A stretch of DNA of 64,000 nt. It comes from Deltaproteobacteria bacterium. Lineage in GTDB: Bacteria; Desulfobacterota; GWC2-55-46; DRQE01. Of the stretch, positions 10,224 through 19,722 are shown piece by piece. The notes under the pieces were generated by a model that was not told the origin of the DNA, did no database searches, and saw only the letters and a program-made list of their open reading frames with translations. The number at the start of each line of letters is the position of its first letter. Positions within the stretch are counted from its first letter, which is position 1. The stretch is taken from contig WGFM01000032.1 of assembly GCA_015492245.1 (NCBI GenBank), positions 6,231-70,230 on the forward strand, written 5' to 3'. Made by a program: the position numbers and the translations under genes.

Positions 10224-10556
10224 TCACTTCTTCTTTTCTATACTGTCCAGATCACAGCAGGAGTGTCCCTCGCTCTGGAGGGCATCGCGCTCGTTTTCTT
10301 CTGTATAGTGTATCCAGCCTCTCTTGAACCTCTCGAGAAAGCTATCATCGAGAACAAAGCCGTTCTTTTCCATCCAGTGTTCCACGGCCTCTTCACAGCA
10401 CATAAGGAGATCATATTCCACAGAGATTTCTTTTTTCTCCATATCCACACTCACCTTGGATACCCCCCTGACCTTCCCTATAAGCTCCTCAATCTCTTCA
10501 TTTCTGCCCGAAGGGGCCTTCTTGAATCTTATGTGACGATATTTAAGGACAGCCAT
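10224..10556 (-). CDS. Hypothetical small protein, HMA-like fold with Cys pairs (CC ... HSCC)
   Basis: 110-aa ORF with beta-alpha-beta-like segment LIGKVRGVSKVSVDMEKKEISVEYD plus LMCCEE and GHSCCD. Lies in a cluster with small metal-ligand-rich membrane proteins. Confidence 0.35.
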   Translation of the reverse strand: MAVLKYRHIRFKKAPSGRNEEIEELIGKVRGVSKVSVDMEKKEISVEYDLLMCCEEAVEHWMEKNGFVLDDSFLERFKRGWIHYTEENERDALQSEGHSCCDLDSIEKKK

Positions 10557-10585
10557 CTGGACACCTCCTTTTGTGAGAGCAGCCG

Positions 10586-10852
10586 TCAGGCCTGCTTGCC
10601 AAACTTCATGTTGAAAAGGTTATAGAAGGGTGTGAACACAAGCCCTATGTAGATGCCATAAAGGAAGCTTTCTATAAGTCCCAGGAAGAAACTCCACCAG
10701 CTTATCCACTCAAACCCTGGTAGAAGTCTTATCCATGCCTCGTACATTGCGTAGCCAGGAAATATGAGATCGAACAGAACACAGAGCACATAGGTGAAAC
10801 TGAGGAAACACCCGGTAGAAAAACCAACCACCTTCCAGTCAAGAAACCCCAT
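10586..10852 (-). CDS. Small integral membrane protein (two TM helices), hypothetical
   Basis: 88 aa, hydrophobic: FLDWKVVGFSTGCFLSFTYVLCVLFDLIF...ISWWSFFLGLIESFLYGIYIGLVF. Confidence 0.4.
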   Translation of the reverse strand: MGFLDWKVVGFSTGCFLSFTYVLCVLFDLIFPGYAMYEAWIRLLPGFEWISWWSFFLGLIESFLYGIYIGLVFTPFYNLFNMKFGKQA

Positions 10853-10871
10853 CTTCTAACCTCCTTTTTTG

Positions 10872-11048
10872 TCAATGGCACGACTTCTTCTCATCTCCGC
10901 CCTCTCTTCCGGCTTCCTTCCCCTGGCCTCCTTTTTCCGTGTCTTTGTGGCCTCCTCCGCAGCATCCACCACGGCGCATCATGAAGTAGAATATTGCCCC
11001 TATGATGAGAAACCATACTATAGCATTAACACCTTCCATGATTACCAT
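10872..11048 (-). CDS. Tiny single-TM protein with Cys/His/Gly-rich tail (GGCCGGGH...SCH)
   Basis: Short form MVIMEGVNAIVWFLIIGAIFYFMMRRGGCCGGGHKDTEK...SCH from ATG at 11046-11048. The track's 92-aa form has an unstructured N-extension. Confidence 0.4.
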   Translation of the reverse strand: MVIMEGVNAIVWFLIIGAIFYFMMRRGGCCGGGHKDTEKGGQGKEAGREGGDEKKSCH

Positions 11049-11255
11049 CCTGTTTTTGAGGTTTTCTCCACTATACCGGGAGACACAGGCCACGCCTTCG
11101 GTAGATTGGGATACCCGGATCAATGGAACTGGTGGGCAGTTTAGGGTCATGCCCAGGACCTTCTACAGTGTCCCTCACCACAGTGTGCCACCCGGGGAAC
11201 CATAAATCTATACCTCATTTCTCATACCCCCTTTCTGTCTGTTAATGCCTGTTCA

Positions 11256-11426
11256 GTCTGCTCTGTGCTCCAGCCCTTGCGGACAACCTTTGTCCGGCGC
11301 TTCTTTTTTCTCCATCTTCTGCTCGTCTGTCCTGTGCATCTCCTTGTGCATGGGCATGTGGACGGACCCACCGAGCAGATACAGCCCCAGTACCACCACC
11401 ATCATCACCCCCATCAGGAATTCCAT
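11256..11426 (-). CDS. Tiny single-TM protein with His/Met-rich motif (HMPMHKEMH); not in ORF track (56 aa)
   Basis: Own translation: MEFLMGVMMVVVLGLYLLGGSVHMPMHKEMHRTDEQKMEKKEAPDKGCPQGLEHRAD. RBS AGGAGGG 6 nt upstream and a TTGACA-N17-TATGAT promoter with a palindromic operator. Confidence 0.55.
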
Positions 11427-11461
11427 GAAACCCTCCTGAAAGACAATCCTCCCATAATGAA

Positions 11462-11490
11462 ATCATATTCTACAAAGCGTAGAATGTCAA
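11462..11490 (-). promoter_or_regulatory. Near-consensus sigma70 promoter TTGACA-N17-TATGAT with embedded palindrome TTCTAC-N5-GTAGAA (operator-like)
   Basis: Minus strand reads cTTGACAttctacgctttgtagaaTATGATttc. The inverted repeat ttctac gcttt gtagaa fills the spacer. About 29 nt to the ATG at 11426. Confidence 0.55.
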
Positions 11491-11527
11491 GGGATAAAGA
11501 GGACATTCATGGTGTTTTTCTAATGGC

Positions 11528-12124
11528 CTATTTTCTGCCTTCCGTAGGGTGTGTAATAAGGGTGGTTCTGAAGAACCTTACGAAGTAGTCAATCCCTGAC
11601 CACAGGGTAACAACCAGTGCCAGCCATATGAGCCAGACTCCCAGGAGTTGAAAGTCTATCCCCCACAGCTCGTAGTGCAGAAGCAGGGCGGTTATGGCCG
11701 CTATCTGGCTTACTGTCTTGACTTTGCCCAGCCATGTTGCGCCTATAACTATGCCTGTTCTTACCGCCATGGTTCGAAGCCCTGTAACGGCTATCTCACG
11801 AGATACTATGAGGGCAACCATCCAGGCAGGCACCCGATCGAGGGATATGAGCATTATCAGGGCTGTGACTATGAGGAGTTTGTCCGCAAGGGGATCGAGG
11901 AACTTCCCGAGGGATGTAACCGTGCCCCACCTTCTTGCAAGCCATCCATCGAGCCAGTCGGTAGCACACACAATAAGAAAGACAAGGGCTGCAATTATAC
12001 TCAATGTCCTGCCGGGTGAGAGAAGAACAAGTATAAGAAACGGTGATGCCCCTATCCTCACAAGGGAAAGGATGTTTGGCAGGTTCCAGAGCTCTTGCCG
12101 AAAATCGTTCTCCATTTGTTTCAC
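11528..12124 (-). CDS. pgsA: CDP-diacylglycerol--glycerol-3-phosphate 3-phosphatidyltransferase (CDP-alcohol phosphatidyltransferase family)
   Basis: 198 aa with CDP-OH_P_transf signature DWLDGWLARR...G...DPLADK and multiple TM helices. Confidence 0.75.
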   Translation of the reverse strand: MKQMENDFRQELWNLPNILSLVRIGASPFLILVLLSPGRTLSIIAALVFLIVCATDWLDGWLARRWGTVTSLGKFLDPLADKLLIVTALIMLISLDRVPAWMVALIVSREIAVTGLRTMAVRTGIVIGATWLGKVKTVSQIAAITALLLHYELWGIDFQLLGVWLIWLALVVTLWSGIDYFVRFFRTTLITHPTEGRK

Positions 12125-12197
12125 TTCTCTATCTCCACCCCTTTCTATCCATTAAGTCTATACCCATAGGGATGGAAGGGCAAGAATTTTTTAGGGC

Positions 12198-12227
12198 TTG
12201 ACACAGCTACTCCCATTCCTGTAAGTT
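12198..12227 (+). promoter_or_regulatory. Putative sigma70 promoter for nadB (TTGACA-N18-TAAGTT)
   Basis: ttgaca at 12198-12203 and taagtt at 12222-12227, in the divergent intergenic region between pgsA and nadB. RBS AGGAGG lies before the ATG at 12258. Confidence 0.35.
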
Positions 12228-12257
12228 TTTTAGAATACACAGGAGGTTGTTACCCCC

Positions 12258-13868
12258 ATGGAGGTGAAGAGCGATTTTCTCGTCATCGGCAGTGGCATTG
12301 CGGGGCTCACCTTTGCCCTCACCGTTAAGGACCATGGCACCGTCGCCATCGTTACAAAGAGAGACAGGAAAGAGTCTGCCACTTTCTATGCCCAGGGTGG
12401 CATTGCATCGGTTCTGAGCAGTGAGGACAGCTTCGATGCCCACATACGGGACACCATAAAGACAGGGTGTGGCCTTTCTCATCCAGATGTTGTGGAGCTG
12501 GTGGTAAAGGATGGCCCACGAAGGATACAGGAGCTTATAGACATGGGCGTACACTTTACGGCAGGAAAAGAAGGGCTTGATCTGGGCAAGGAAGGAGGCC
12601 ATTCCAGAAGGAGGATAGTCCATGCAGGAGACCTTACCGGCAAGGAGGTCGAGGATGCGCTCCTTCGTGCCATAGATAAGGAAGAGAACATTACAATATA
12701 CGAGAACCACATAGCCGTAGACCTTATAACCCATTCCAAGTTCGTGGGACGCACCACCGATGACCGTGTGTGGGGCGCCTATGTGCTCGATAAATCCACA
12801 GGCCAGATACACACCTTCCTCGCCCGTGCGACCATACTTGCCACAGGTGGTGCAGGCAAGGTATACCTGTATACCAGCAACCCCGATGTGGCCACAGGCG
12901 ATGGCATAGCCATGGCATACCGGGCAGGGGCAGAGTGTGGTAACATGGAATTCATGCAGTTCCATCCCACCTGCCTGTATCATCCAAAGGCGAAGAGCTT
13001 TCTCATATCAGAGGCCCTCCGTGGAGAAGGGGCAATCCTGAGGCTCAAGGACTCGACCCCCTTCATGAAGAAATACCACCCCGATGGCGAGCTCGCCCCA
13101 CGCGACATTGTTGCAAGGGCAATAGACTTCGAACTGAAAAAGAGTGGAGATGAATGTGTCTACCTCGATATAAGCCATCGTCCAGCAGAGTTCGTAAAGA
13201 AGAGGTTCCCCAATATATACAGAAGATGCATCGAGTTCGGCTTCGATATGACACGAGAGCCCATCCCTGTGGTGCCTGCTGCACACTACATATGTGGTGG
13301 GGTAAGGACAGACAGGTGGGGGCAGACCACCATAAGAAGACTCTATGCCATAGGCGAGACCGCACACACAGGGCTGCATGGTGCCAACAGGCTTGCCTCG
13401 AACTCTCTGCTCGAGGCCCTGGTGTTTGCAAAGAGGGCAGCTGAACACTCCACAGAACTGGTAAAGAACGACAGGGAGGAGATACCCCCCATCCCGCCAT
13501 GGCATACAGGTGGAGCGGTCATAAGCGATGAGATGGTGGTCATCACCCACAACTGGGATGAAATAAGAAGGTTCATGTGGAACTATGTTGGTATCGTAAG
13601 GTCCAACCGCCGGCTCGAGCGTGCAAAAAGAAGGATAGAGGTGCTCTCCGAAGAGATAGACCAGTACTACTGGGACTTCATACTCACATCAGACCTCGTG
13701 GAACTGAGAAACATAGCGGTCGTATCAGAACTCATAATAAACTCTGCCATATACAGGAAGGAATCGAGGGGGCTCCACTACAACATAGACTTTCCAGAGA
13801 GGGATGACCTCCGTTTCAACAAGGATACCATCATAAGGAGGAAGGCTCAGGGGTCCGAGACCCTGTAA
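12258..13868 (+). CDS. nadB: L-aspartate oxidase
   Basis: 536 aa. FAD-binding VIGSGIAGL, fumarate-reductase/succinate-dehydrogenase flavoprotein family. Characteristic NadB blocks [32 protein letters not shown]. Confidence 0.9.
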   Translation: MEVKSDFLVIGSGIAGLTFALTVKDHGTVAIVTKRDRKESATFYAQGGIASVLSSEDSFDAHIRDTIKTGCGLSHPDVVELVVKDGPRRIQELIDMGVHFTAGKEGLDLGKEGGHSRRRIVHAGDLTGKEVEDALLRAIDKEENITIYENHIAVDLITHSKFVGRTTDDRVWGAYVLDKSTGQIHTFLARATILATGGAGKVYLYTSNPDVATGDGIAMAYRAGAECGNMEFMQFHPTCLYHPKAKSFLISEALRGEGAILRLKDSTPFMKKYHPDGELAPRDIVARAIDFELKKSGDECVYLDISHRPAEFVKKRFPNIYRRCIEFGFDMTREPIPVVPAAHYICGGVRTDRWGQTTIRRLYAIGETAHTGLHGANRLASNSLLEALVFAKRAAEHSTELVKNDREEIPPIPPWHTGGAVISDEMVVITHNWDEIRRFMWNYVGIVRSNRRLERAKRRIEVLSEEIDQYYWDFILTSDLVELRNIAVVSELIINSAIYRKESRGLHYNIDFPERDDLRFNKDTIIRRKAQGSETL

Positions 13869-14913
13869 GGTGAAACCTTATGGTGAAGGTTGTGCCCTTT
13901 CCCTTCTCGCTCTCCACCTCTATGTCCCCGTTGTGGTTCTCTATTACCCTGTACGCTATGGTGAGTCCAAGGCCTGCCCCTGTAACCTTTGATGTGAAGA
14001 AGGGATGAAAGATCCTTCTTGCAACCTCGCTCTCCATACCACAGCCCGTATCCCTTATCTTCACCACAAGGATATTTCCCTCTGCCGGAAGGGTGGAGAT
14101 GGTTATCTCGCCCTTCCTGTCTATGGCATCTATGGAGTTATGCAGCAGGTTCAGAAGGGCAACCCGTAGATGAGCACTATCCATCTCGAACTCTGGCACC
14201 CCTGGCATGAGCTCTGTCTTTATTGTAATATCCTTCTCACCAATGAACTTTCTGGCCTCTTCTACCGCCTCCTCTATAACCTGGTTTATGTTACCAGGAC
14301 GCATCCTTGGGGTCAGAATACCCTTGTATTCATCTATCCTCTCCATCATCTTCTCGAGCCTCTCCACATAGGCCATCATGACCTCAAGGTATTTCCTGTG
14401 GTCAGGGTTTGTCTCGTGCTCATAGAGGCGCCTTGCCATCCCCCCTATGCTCACAAGTGGGTTACGAACCTCGTGGGCTATCTGGTCTACCATCTCGCCG
14501 AGGACGGCCATCTTCTCTGCCTCCCTGAGTTTTGTCTGCAGCATCTTGACCCTCAAAAGAGACCTTACCCTCGCACTCACCTCCACGAGGCTGTAGGGCT
14601 TGACTATGTAGTCTTCGGCACCCATCTCAAGCCCCATGACCTTGTCATCCAGTTCACCCCTTGCAGTCAGCATTATTACGGATATGTAGCGTGTGCGCTC
14701 GTCGGACTTGAGACGCCTGCACATCTCATAGCCATCCATCCGTGGCATCATGATGTCAAGAAGGACGAGGTCGGGCCTGAACTTTTCAACCTTCTCAAGC
14801 CCCTCTACTCCATCCTTTGCGGTGTCCACCTGGTAGCCGTCTGCCGTCATCTTCTCGGAGAGCAGAAAACGGCTCTTCTCGTTATCATCAACAATGAGTA
14901 TTCTTGGTTTCAT
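13831..14913 (-). CDS. Hybrid two-component protein: N-terminal receiver domain fused to HisKA + HATPase_c histidine kinase (no sensor or TM domain)
   Basis: REC signature ILIVDDNE...[10 protein letters not shown]...DYIVKP. HisKA H-box IAHEVRNPL. HATPase block DTGCGM...GAGLGLTIA. 3' end overlaps nadB by 38 bp (convergent). Confidence 0.8.
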   Translation of the reverse strand: MKPRILIVDDNEKSRFLLSEKMTADGYQVDTAKDGVEGLEKVEKFRPDLVLLDIMMPRMDGYEMCRRLKSDERTRYISVIMLTARGELDDKVMGLEMGAEDYIVKPYSLVEVSARVRSLLRVKMLQTKLREAEKMAVLGEMVDQIAHEVRNPLVSIGGMARRLYEHETNPDHRKYLEVMMAYVERLEKMMERIDEYKGILTPRMRPGNINQVIEEAVEEARKFIGEKDITIKTELMPGVPEFEMDSAHLRVALLNLLHNSIDAIDRKGEITISTLPAEGNILVVKIRDTGCGMESEVARRIFHPFFTSKVTGAGLGLTIAYRVIENHNGDIEVESEKGKGTTFTIRFHLTGSRTPEPSSL

Positions 14914-14919
14914 ATCTGA

Positions 14920-15669
14920 TCAGAATCCTACCCGAAACATTATGAATGGTCCTGTCAGTTCAAGGTCTACCTTGTCGTCATCGTTTTCTGCATACAACTG
15001 CAGGTACCTGTACCCACCAGATATGGTCATGAGGGGCATGGGTCTTATATTCACCCCCACCTCTCCATCGACAAAGTGGGCATCCCCCCCATAGGTCATA
15101 CCTGTAAGTTCACCCTCTATACTGAACAGTGCTGGAAGCCCCAGCCTGAAGGCAACACCGATGGCAGGAAAACCCATGGCCAGGGACTCTGCCTCATCTA
15201 TGGTTGCAGACTTAAGTGAGGCGTCTATATCCATATACTTGAGCTCCGCTATTACGCCGAGCCTGTTTCCTGCAACACTTATGAAGTCGTACTGATAGCC
15301 AAGACGATGGTAGTCCACATCGAGGCTCGATGTTACAGCTGTGTTGACACTGTAGGTCCTGCCTGCAAAGTTTATACTCCTCGTTATGGTCTTCGCACCA
15401 TCCCAGCTCATTGGCACAAAGGCATACCTTATACTGTGCTTTCCCATCTGAAGGGTTATCCTTGCCTCGAGAAAGTTCTCCTCTGTATCCACACCGAGGT
15501 CCTTCTCAAAATCCATGGTGGTGCCGGTGAGTCCACTTTCTGTAACCTTTACCTCGGCATCGAGCTCGCTCACCCAGTATCTTGCCTCTGCCTTGATTAA
15601 TGCCATGGCATCAGACTGGAAGATTATCACAGAAGCTATGGTCGCAACGATCATTATCAGCCTTCTCAT
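14920..15669 (-). CDS. Outer-membrane beta-barrel protein (OmpA-like/porin family, 8-10-strand class), with signal peptide
   Basis: Start chosen at MRRLIMIVATIASVIIFQSDAMA (RBS GGAGGA upstream) rather than the track's longer ORF. Alternating amphipathic strands, C-terminal ...MFRVGF. Confidence 0.6.
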   Translation of the reverse strand: MRRLIMIVATIASVIIFQSDAMALIKAEARYWVSELDAEVKVTESGLTGTTMDFEKDLGVDTEENFLEARITLQMGKHSIRYAFVPMSWDGAKTITRSINFAGRTYSVNTAVTSSLDVDYHRLGYQYDFISVAGNRLGVIAELKYMDIDASLKSATIDEAESLAMGFPAIGVAFRLGLPALFSIEGELTGMTYGGDAHFVDGEVGVNIRPMPLMTISGGYRYLQLYAENDDDKVDLELTGPFIMFRVGF

Positions 15670-15739
15670 GCCCCTTGTCCTCCTTTCGACAGTATTAATA
15701 CTTGACAGTCTCCTCCAGCTGGCATAACCTGAATACAGT

Positions 15740-16120
15740 ATGTTTCTGAAACTCTTCATACTCTTCACCGTGGTTCCTGTGGTGGAGCTTGCCCTTCTCA
15801 TAAAAGTGGGCACCATGATAGGCACGCTCAACACTGTGGCACTTGTGATACTCACTGCCATCGTGGGCGCCTACATGGTAAGGCTTGAAGGACTCAATGT
15901 GTTCTACCGTTTTCAAAGAAACCTCCTGCATGGCATATTCCCTGCCGAGGAGATATTCGATGGCGCACTCTTGCTCGTGGCAGGTGCCCTCCTTATAACC
16001 CCTGGTATTATAACCGACATACTGGGCTTTTCCATAGTATTTCCACCATCGAGAAGGGTGATAAAGAACATCCTCAGACGCTACTTTGAGAAAAGGTTCG
16101 AGTTAAGGGTCATAAGATAG
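15740..16120 (+). CDS. fxsA: FxsA family inner-membrane protein
   Basis: 126 aa, two N-terminal TM helices, conserved LLLVAGALLITPGIITDILG..RR block typical of FxsA. Confidence 0.7.
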   Translation: MFLKLFILFTVVPVVELALLIKVGTMIGTLNTVALVILTAIVGAYMVRLEGLNVFYRFQRNLLHGIFPAEEIFDGALLLVAGALLITPGIITDILGFSIVFPPSRRVIKNILRRYFEKRFELRVIR

Positions 16121-16134
16121 TACATTGTTTTCTG

Positions 16135-16614
16135 CTATATCTGGGGGCTCGAAGGGCCTGCCTGCTTGCCCATCTCGTATCTTATCGTCCCTGACTGGTC
16201 TGCATAGAACCACCGTATCTGTGTGTTCCCATCCTCTGGCTCCACCCTCAGAGACCATGTGGAGTCCTCCTCCAGACCACCTGAGACCGAAAGCGTATAC
16301 CTGTAGCCCTCGTATATCCTTACATTGTTACCGCCACCTGACGGAGCTGTTCCTGGCATATTGAGTTCACTGAAGTCATCGGTGTATACACCCTTCTCTG
16401 CCCTGTACAACTCCTGTGCCTTCATGATCTGCTTTGTGTGGAGTATCGCAACGGTCTCCTTTGTCTTGTATATGAACTTGAAGTATACCATTGTGGCTAT
16501 TGCCGCCAGAACACCTATGAAGAACAGCACCACAATCAGCTCAACCAGGGTGAACCCTGACTGAGAGTGTAAACCAAACAGCCCCTTCCTGTCTCCCTCA
16601 GACCTTTTTACCAT
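16135..16614 (-). CDS. Type IV pilin/pseudopilin (prepilin-type N-terminal methylation motif)
   Basis: G|FTLVELIVVLFFIGVLAAIA N-terminal helix. Leader may be shorter than the track's start. Confidence 0.75.
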   Translation of the reverse strand: MVKRSEGDRKGLFGLHSQSGFTLVELIVVLFFIGVLAAIATMVYFKFIYKTKETVAILHTKQIMKAQELYRAEKGVYTDDFSELNMPGTAPSGGGNNVRIYEGYRYTLSVSGGLEEDSTWSLRVEPEDGNTQIRWFYADQSGTIRYEMGKQAGPSSPQI

Positions 16615-16622
16615 AAAGAAGG

Positions 16623-17213
16623 CTACCCTTTCTTCTCCCCGATGCTGGAAGCATCCTCAGTAGAAAACCTTTCGATGAGCCTGTTCAGTCTATCCGTCGC
16701 ATGACCTGTGCCCCCTTCTTTTTCGAGTACCGAGCCAATGGCCTTCAACTCCCTGACAAGTTCCTCATGCAATGCCATATCCTGCTCCCTTCTCTGCTGC
16801 AGGTGGTCTGCGAGCCTGTTCACCACATCCTCGAGTTCTCTGAACTCGTCACCCTTCCTCAACCTCATGCGCACATGGAAGTTACCCTTAAGGAGTTCTT
16901 CCAGTGTTCTCTCAACCCTGTATACGGGCCCTGCAACCCTGTGGGATGCCAGTATAACCTGTATGCCCACAAGAAGGGCTATGACCACCACTGCCGGCCA
17001 CAGAACCTTATGGAGGCTCAATATGGCGTAGGATACCATTTCCTTCTCGTATATGCTCGTTGCAGACTGCAGTTCCATCCACAGGGGATAGAATATCAGC
17101 ATACCCAGTATGATGGAATATATGATAAGGGATATTACTATCGTAAGGGTTGCCTTTATCTGGTAGGCTGGTTTTATGAGTTTTTTCTTTCTGCGAAAGA
17201 AGGGATGGCCCAT
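16623..17213 (-). CDS. Membrane protein with two TM helices and HAMP-like linker domain
   Basis: Two TM helices then an amphipathic HAMP-like segment HRVAGPVYRVERTLEELLKGNFHVRMRLRKGDEFRELEDVVNRLADHL. No output domain. Confidence 0.5.
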   Translation of the reverse strand: MGHPFFRRKKKLIKPAYQIKATLTIVISLIIYSIILGMLIFYPLWMELQSATSIYEKEMVSYAILSLHKVLWPAVVVIALLVGIQVILASHRVAGPVYRVERTLEELLKGNFHVRMRLRKGDEFRELEDVVNRLADHLQQRREQDMALHEELVRELKAIGSVLEKEGGTGHATDRLNRLIERFSTEDASSIGEKKG

Positions 17214-17340
17214 GGTTAATTCCTCGTTACCATGAGATGATAAAACAATTGTCCCCCTCTGTCAAACATAAAAAAGCCGTCCCATCCTGCGGTTATTTGC
17301 CTGATGGAACGGCTGTATTCTTCGTCCCCGACAATGTGCC

Positions 17341-18498
17341 TTATCCCTTCATGGCCTTTATGAGCACCCCTGCAACCTCTGGCCTTGAGAACTCTGGCGG
17401 AGGTATCTCACCCTGTCTTAGCATCTCACGCACCTTTGTTCCAGAAAGGGTTATGTGGTCATGGGAGTCATGGGGGCAGGTCTTGTATGAAGCCATACCG
17501 CCACATCTTTTGCAGTAGAATGTGTAGTCGAAAAAGAGCGGAGTTATGCCTATCTTTTCGGGATCGAACTCGTCGAATATGTAGTGTGCATCGAATGTGC
17601 CGTAGTAGTTGCCCACACCTGCATGGTCTCTACCCACTATGAAGTGGGTGCACCCGTAGTTCTTGCGTATAAGGGCATGGAACACGGCCTCTCTGGGGCC
17701 TGCATACCTCATTGCCGCAGGAAACACAAGGAGCATCACCCTGTCCTTTGGATAGTAGTTCTCCATGAGGACCTCGTAGCAGCGCATCCTCACATCTGCA
17801 GGTATATCGTCTGCCTTGGTCTCACCCACAAGGGGGTGTATCATTAGTCCATCCACCACTTCGAGGGCACACTTCTGTATGTACTCGTGGGCACGGTGTA
17901 TGGGGTTACGGGTCTGAAAGCCCACCACCCTCTTCCATCCACGTTCCTGGAAGAGGGCCCTCGTCTGGGCAGGGTCAAGTCTGTATTGTTTGAAGTCCTC
18001 ATGTTCTGGCCTCTCTATGAGTGAGACCTTTCCACCAAGGAGCATATCTCCTGACTGGTAGAGTCTCTTTACCCCTGGGTGTGCCTCCTCCCTTGTGCCG
18101 TATACCTGGAGGGCCTCTTTATCCTTGTCGTGGGGGAATACCTCCTCTACCGCCATAAGGGCCAGTATGGTGCCATCTTCGCTGGTAAGGGCCACATCTT
18201 CGCCCTCTTTTATGGTGTCTGCGGTCTCTTTCGAGACCGCAAGGGTTACCGGAATGGTCCATGGCAGCCCACCTGCAAGGTGCATGGTGTCCATGGTGGA
18301 GTGGTAGTCCTCTTTTGTCATGAAGCCCTCGAGGGGGCTGTATGCACCTGTTGATATAAGCTCCAGATCAGATATTTCTTTTGGGCTGATGGCTATCTTC
18401 CTTAGCCCCTCTGCCCTCTTTCTCGCCTCCGTGAGCTCATCGCCTTTCAGCCTTCTGTCAACGAGCCTTCCCCCGTGGGGTGCAATGGTCTCTTTCAC
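17341..18498 (-). CDS. sat: Sulfate adenylyltransferase (ATP sulfurylase), homo-oligomeric type without APS-kinase domain
   Basis: 385 aa. [23 protein letters not shown] and PUA-like N-terminal domain are ATP-sulfurylase signatures. Confidence 0.9.
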   Translation of the reverse strand: MKETIAPHGGRLVDRRLKGDELTEARKRAEGLRKIAISPKEISDLELISTGAYSPLEGFMTKEDYHSTMDTMHLAGGLPWTIPVTLAVSKETADTIKEGEDVALTSEDGTILALMAVEEVFPHDKDKEALQVYGTREEAHPGVKRLYQSGDMLLGGKVSLIERPEHEDFKQYRLDPAQTRALFQERGWKRVVGFQTRNPIHRAHEYIQKCALEVVDGLMIHPLVGETKADDIPADVRMRCYEVLMENYYPKDRVMLLVFPAAMRYAGPREAVFHALIRKNYGCTHFIVGRDHAGVGNYYGTFDAHYIFDEFDPEKIGITPLFFDYTFYCKRCGGMASYKTCPHDSHDHITLSGTKVREMLRQGEIPPPEFSRPEVAGVLIKAMKG

Positions 18499-18546
18499 CC
18501 TTTCGTACCTCCTTGAGTAGTCTTTGGTAGCAGAGTATACTCTGGC

Positions 18547-19242
18547 TTACTGGTGCAGCCCGCACTCGGTCTTTTCTTTGCCAGCCCATCTGCCTGCCCT
18601 GGGGTCCTCGCCTGGATGGACGGGCCTTGTGCAGGGCTGGCAGCCTATGCTGGGATAGTTCTGGTCATGGAGCACATTGTATGGAACATCGTTATCCTTT
18701 ATGTAGTTCCATACATCGTCGTATGTCCATGCAACAAGCGGGTTTATCTTTACAAGGCCGAACCTGTTGTCCCATGTAACAACCGGGGCATTCGCCCTTG
18801 TTGGGGACTGCTCTCTCCTTATACCTGTTATCCATGCCTTGAGGTCCTTGAGGGCTGCCTCGAGGGGGCGCACCTTTCTTATCCTACAGCACTCATCAGG
18901 GTTTGTCTCCCAGAGCTTTGGGCCATACTTCTCTTCCATCTCCTCGAGGGTAATTTCTGCCTCGTACTTTTCGGGCTGTATGCCGTACTTCTCCTTCACC
19001 CTCTCTATCACATCGTAGGTCTCCTTGAAAAGCAGCCCTGTATCGAGGTAGAAGATCCTGGCATCCTTCCTTATCTTGACGAGCATATCCAGGAGCACCA
19101 CATCCTCTGCACCGAAGCTGCATGCAAGTGATATGTGGGGATGAAAGTTGTCAAGCGCCCACCCGATTACTTCCTGTGGGGATTTGCCCTCGAAGGAATC
19201 ACTTGTCTTTTTCAGTTCTTCTTCTGTCCACACTTTCTCCAT
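18547..19242 (-). CDS. cysH: Adenylylsulfate (APS) reductase, thioredoxin-dependent CysH family with Fe-S Cys cluster
   Basis: PAPS_reduct fold (SFGAEDVVLLDM). CC (ECCRIRK) plus C-terminal CQPCT pattern typical of APS- rather than PAPS-reductases. Catalytic ECGLH tail. Confidence 0.85.
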   Translation of the reverse strand: MEKVWTEEELKKTSDSFEGKSPQEVIGWALDNFHPHISLACSFGAEDVVLLDMLVKIRKDARIFYLDTGLLFKETYDVIERVKEKYGIQPEKYEAEITLEEMEEKYGPKLWETNPDECCRIRKVRPLEAALKDLKAWITGIRREQSPTRANAPVVTWDNRFGLVKINPLVAWTYDDVWNYIKDNDVPYNVLHDQNYPSIGCQPCTRPVHPGEDPRAGRWAGKEKTECGLHQ

Positions 19243-19248
19243 CTTCTC

Positions 19249-19722
19249 CTATACCTCCTCTTCGTCGAATATTTCCACCCTGCAGGATACCCGCTCCTTC
19301 AACTCATCCATCATCGAAGAAGAGAAGTATCTCCTCAGGGTGGTTGTCTTCTTCCTTATAGTTATTATAAGCTCTATGGAATATTTTTCTATTGTTTTTT
19401 TGATGATCTCGATAAAATCTCCCTCTTCCATCAGGGGTTCGAACTCCACGCCCTCTTCCATGGCCTTTATCTGCACCTTGCCGAGTTCTTCATAGCCCCG
19501 TTGTCTGGACTCCTTCATTATGGCCTCTGACAGCTGTGTAGAGGGCTTGTCCCCTATGAAGCCCACATCTGAGAACCGCTCGAGCGCCTCTTCTGCAACG
19601 GCCCTGTCGAGTATGTAGAGGGCGTAGAGCATGGCACCCTCTTTCTTTGCGGTCCTTACCGCATGTTCTATTGCCCTCTCGGATCTTCTCGAGCCCGGTA
19701 TAACGAGCACTATCCCCTTCAC
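19249..19722 (-). CDS. Universal stress protein (UspA family)
   Basis: GTG start at 19720-19722 preceded by GGAGGG RBS. USP alpha/beta signature IVLVIPGSRRSERAIEHAV...IELIITIRKK. Overlaps stop of the upstream transporter by 4 nt. The track's 283-aa ORF is an out-of-frame read-through. Confidence 0.65.
   Translation of the reverse strand: MKGIVLVIPGSRRSERAIEHAVRTAKKEGAMLYALYILDRAVAEEALERFSDVGFIGDKPSTQLSEAIMKESRQRGYEELGKVQIKAMEEGVEFEPLMEEGDFIEIIKKTIEKYSIELIITIRKKTTTLRRYFSSSMMDELKERVSCRVEIFDEEEV

Noticed and set aside
10872-11150. 92-aa version of the small Cys-rich membrane protein.
   Set aside because: The N-terminal 34 residues are unstructured and lack an RBS. The shorter start at MVIM/MEGV gives the typical single-TM mini-protein. 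Low confidence either way.
11265-11588. Plus-strand 107-aa ORF with a His-run (HHHHHPH) and GTG start.
   Set aside because: The His-run is the complement of the VMMVVV TM segment of the minus-strand 56-aa gene. That minus gene has a strong promoter and AGGAGGG RBS. The plus ORF lacks an RBS and overlaps pgsA by 60 nt.
12231-12236. TAGAAT as an alternative -10 for nadB.
   Set aside because: It lies 27 nt from the only plausible -35 (TTGACA at 12198). TAAGTT at 12222 gives acceptable 18-nt spacing.
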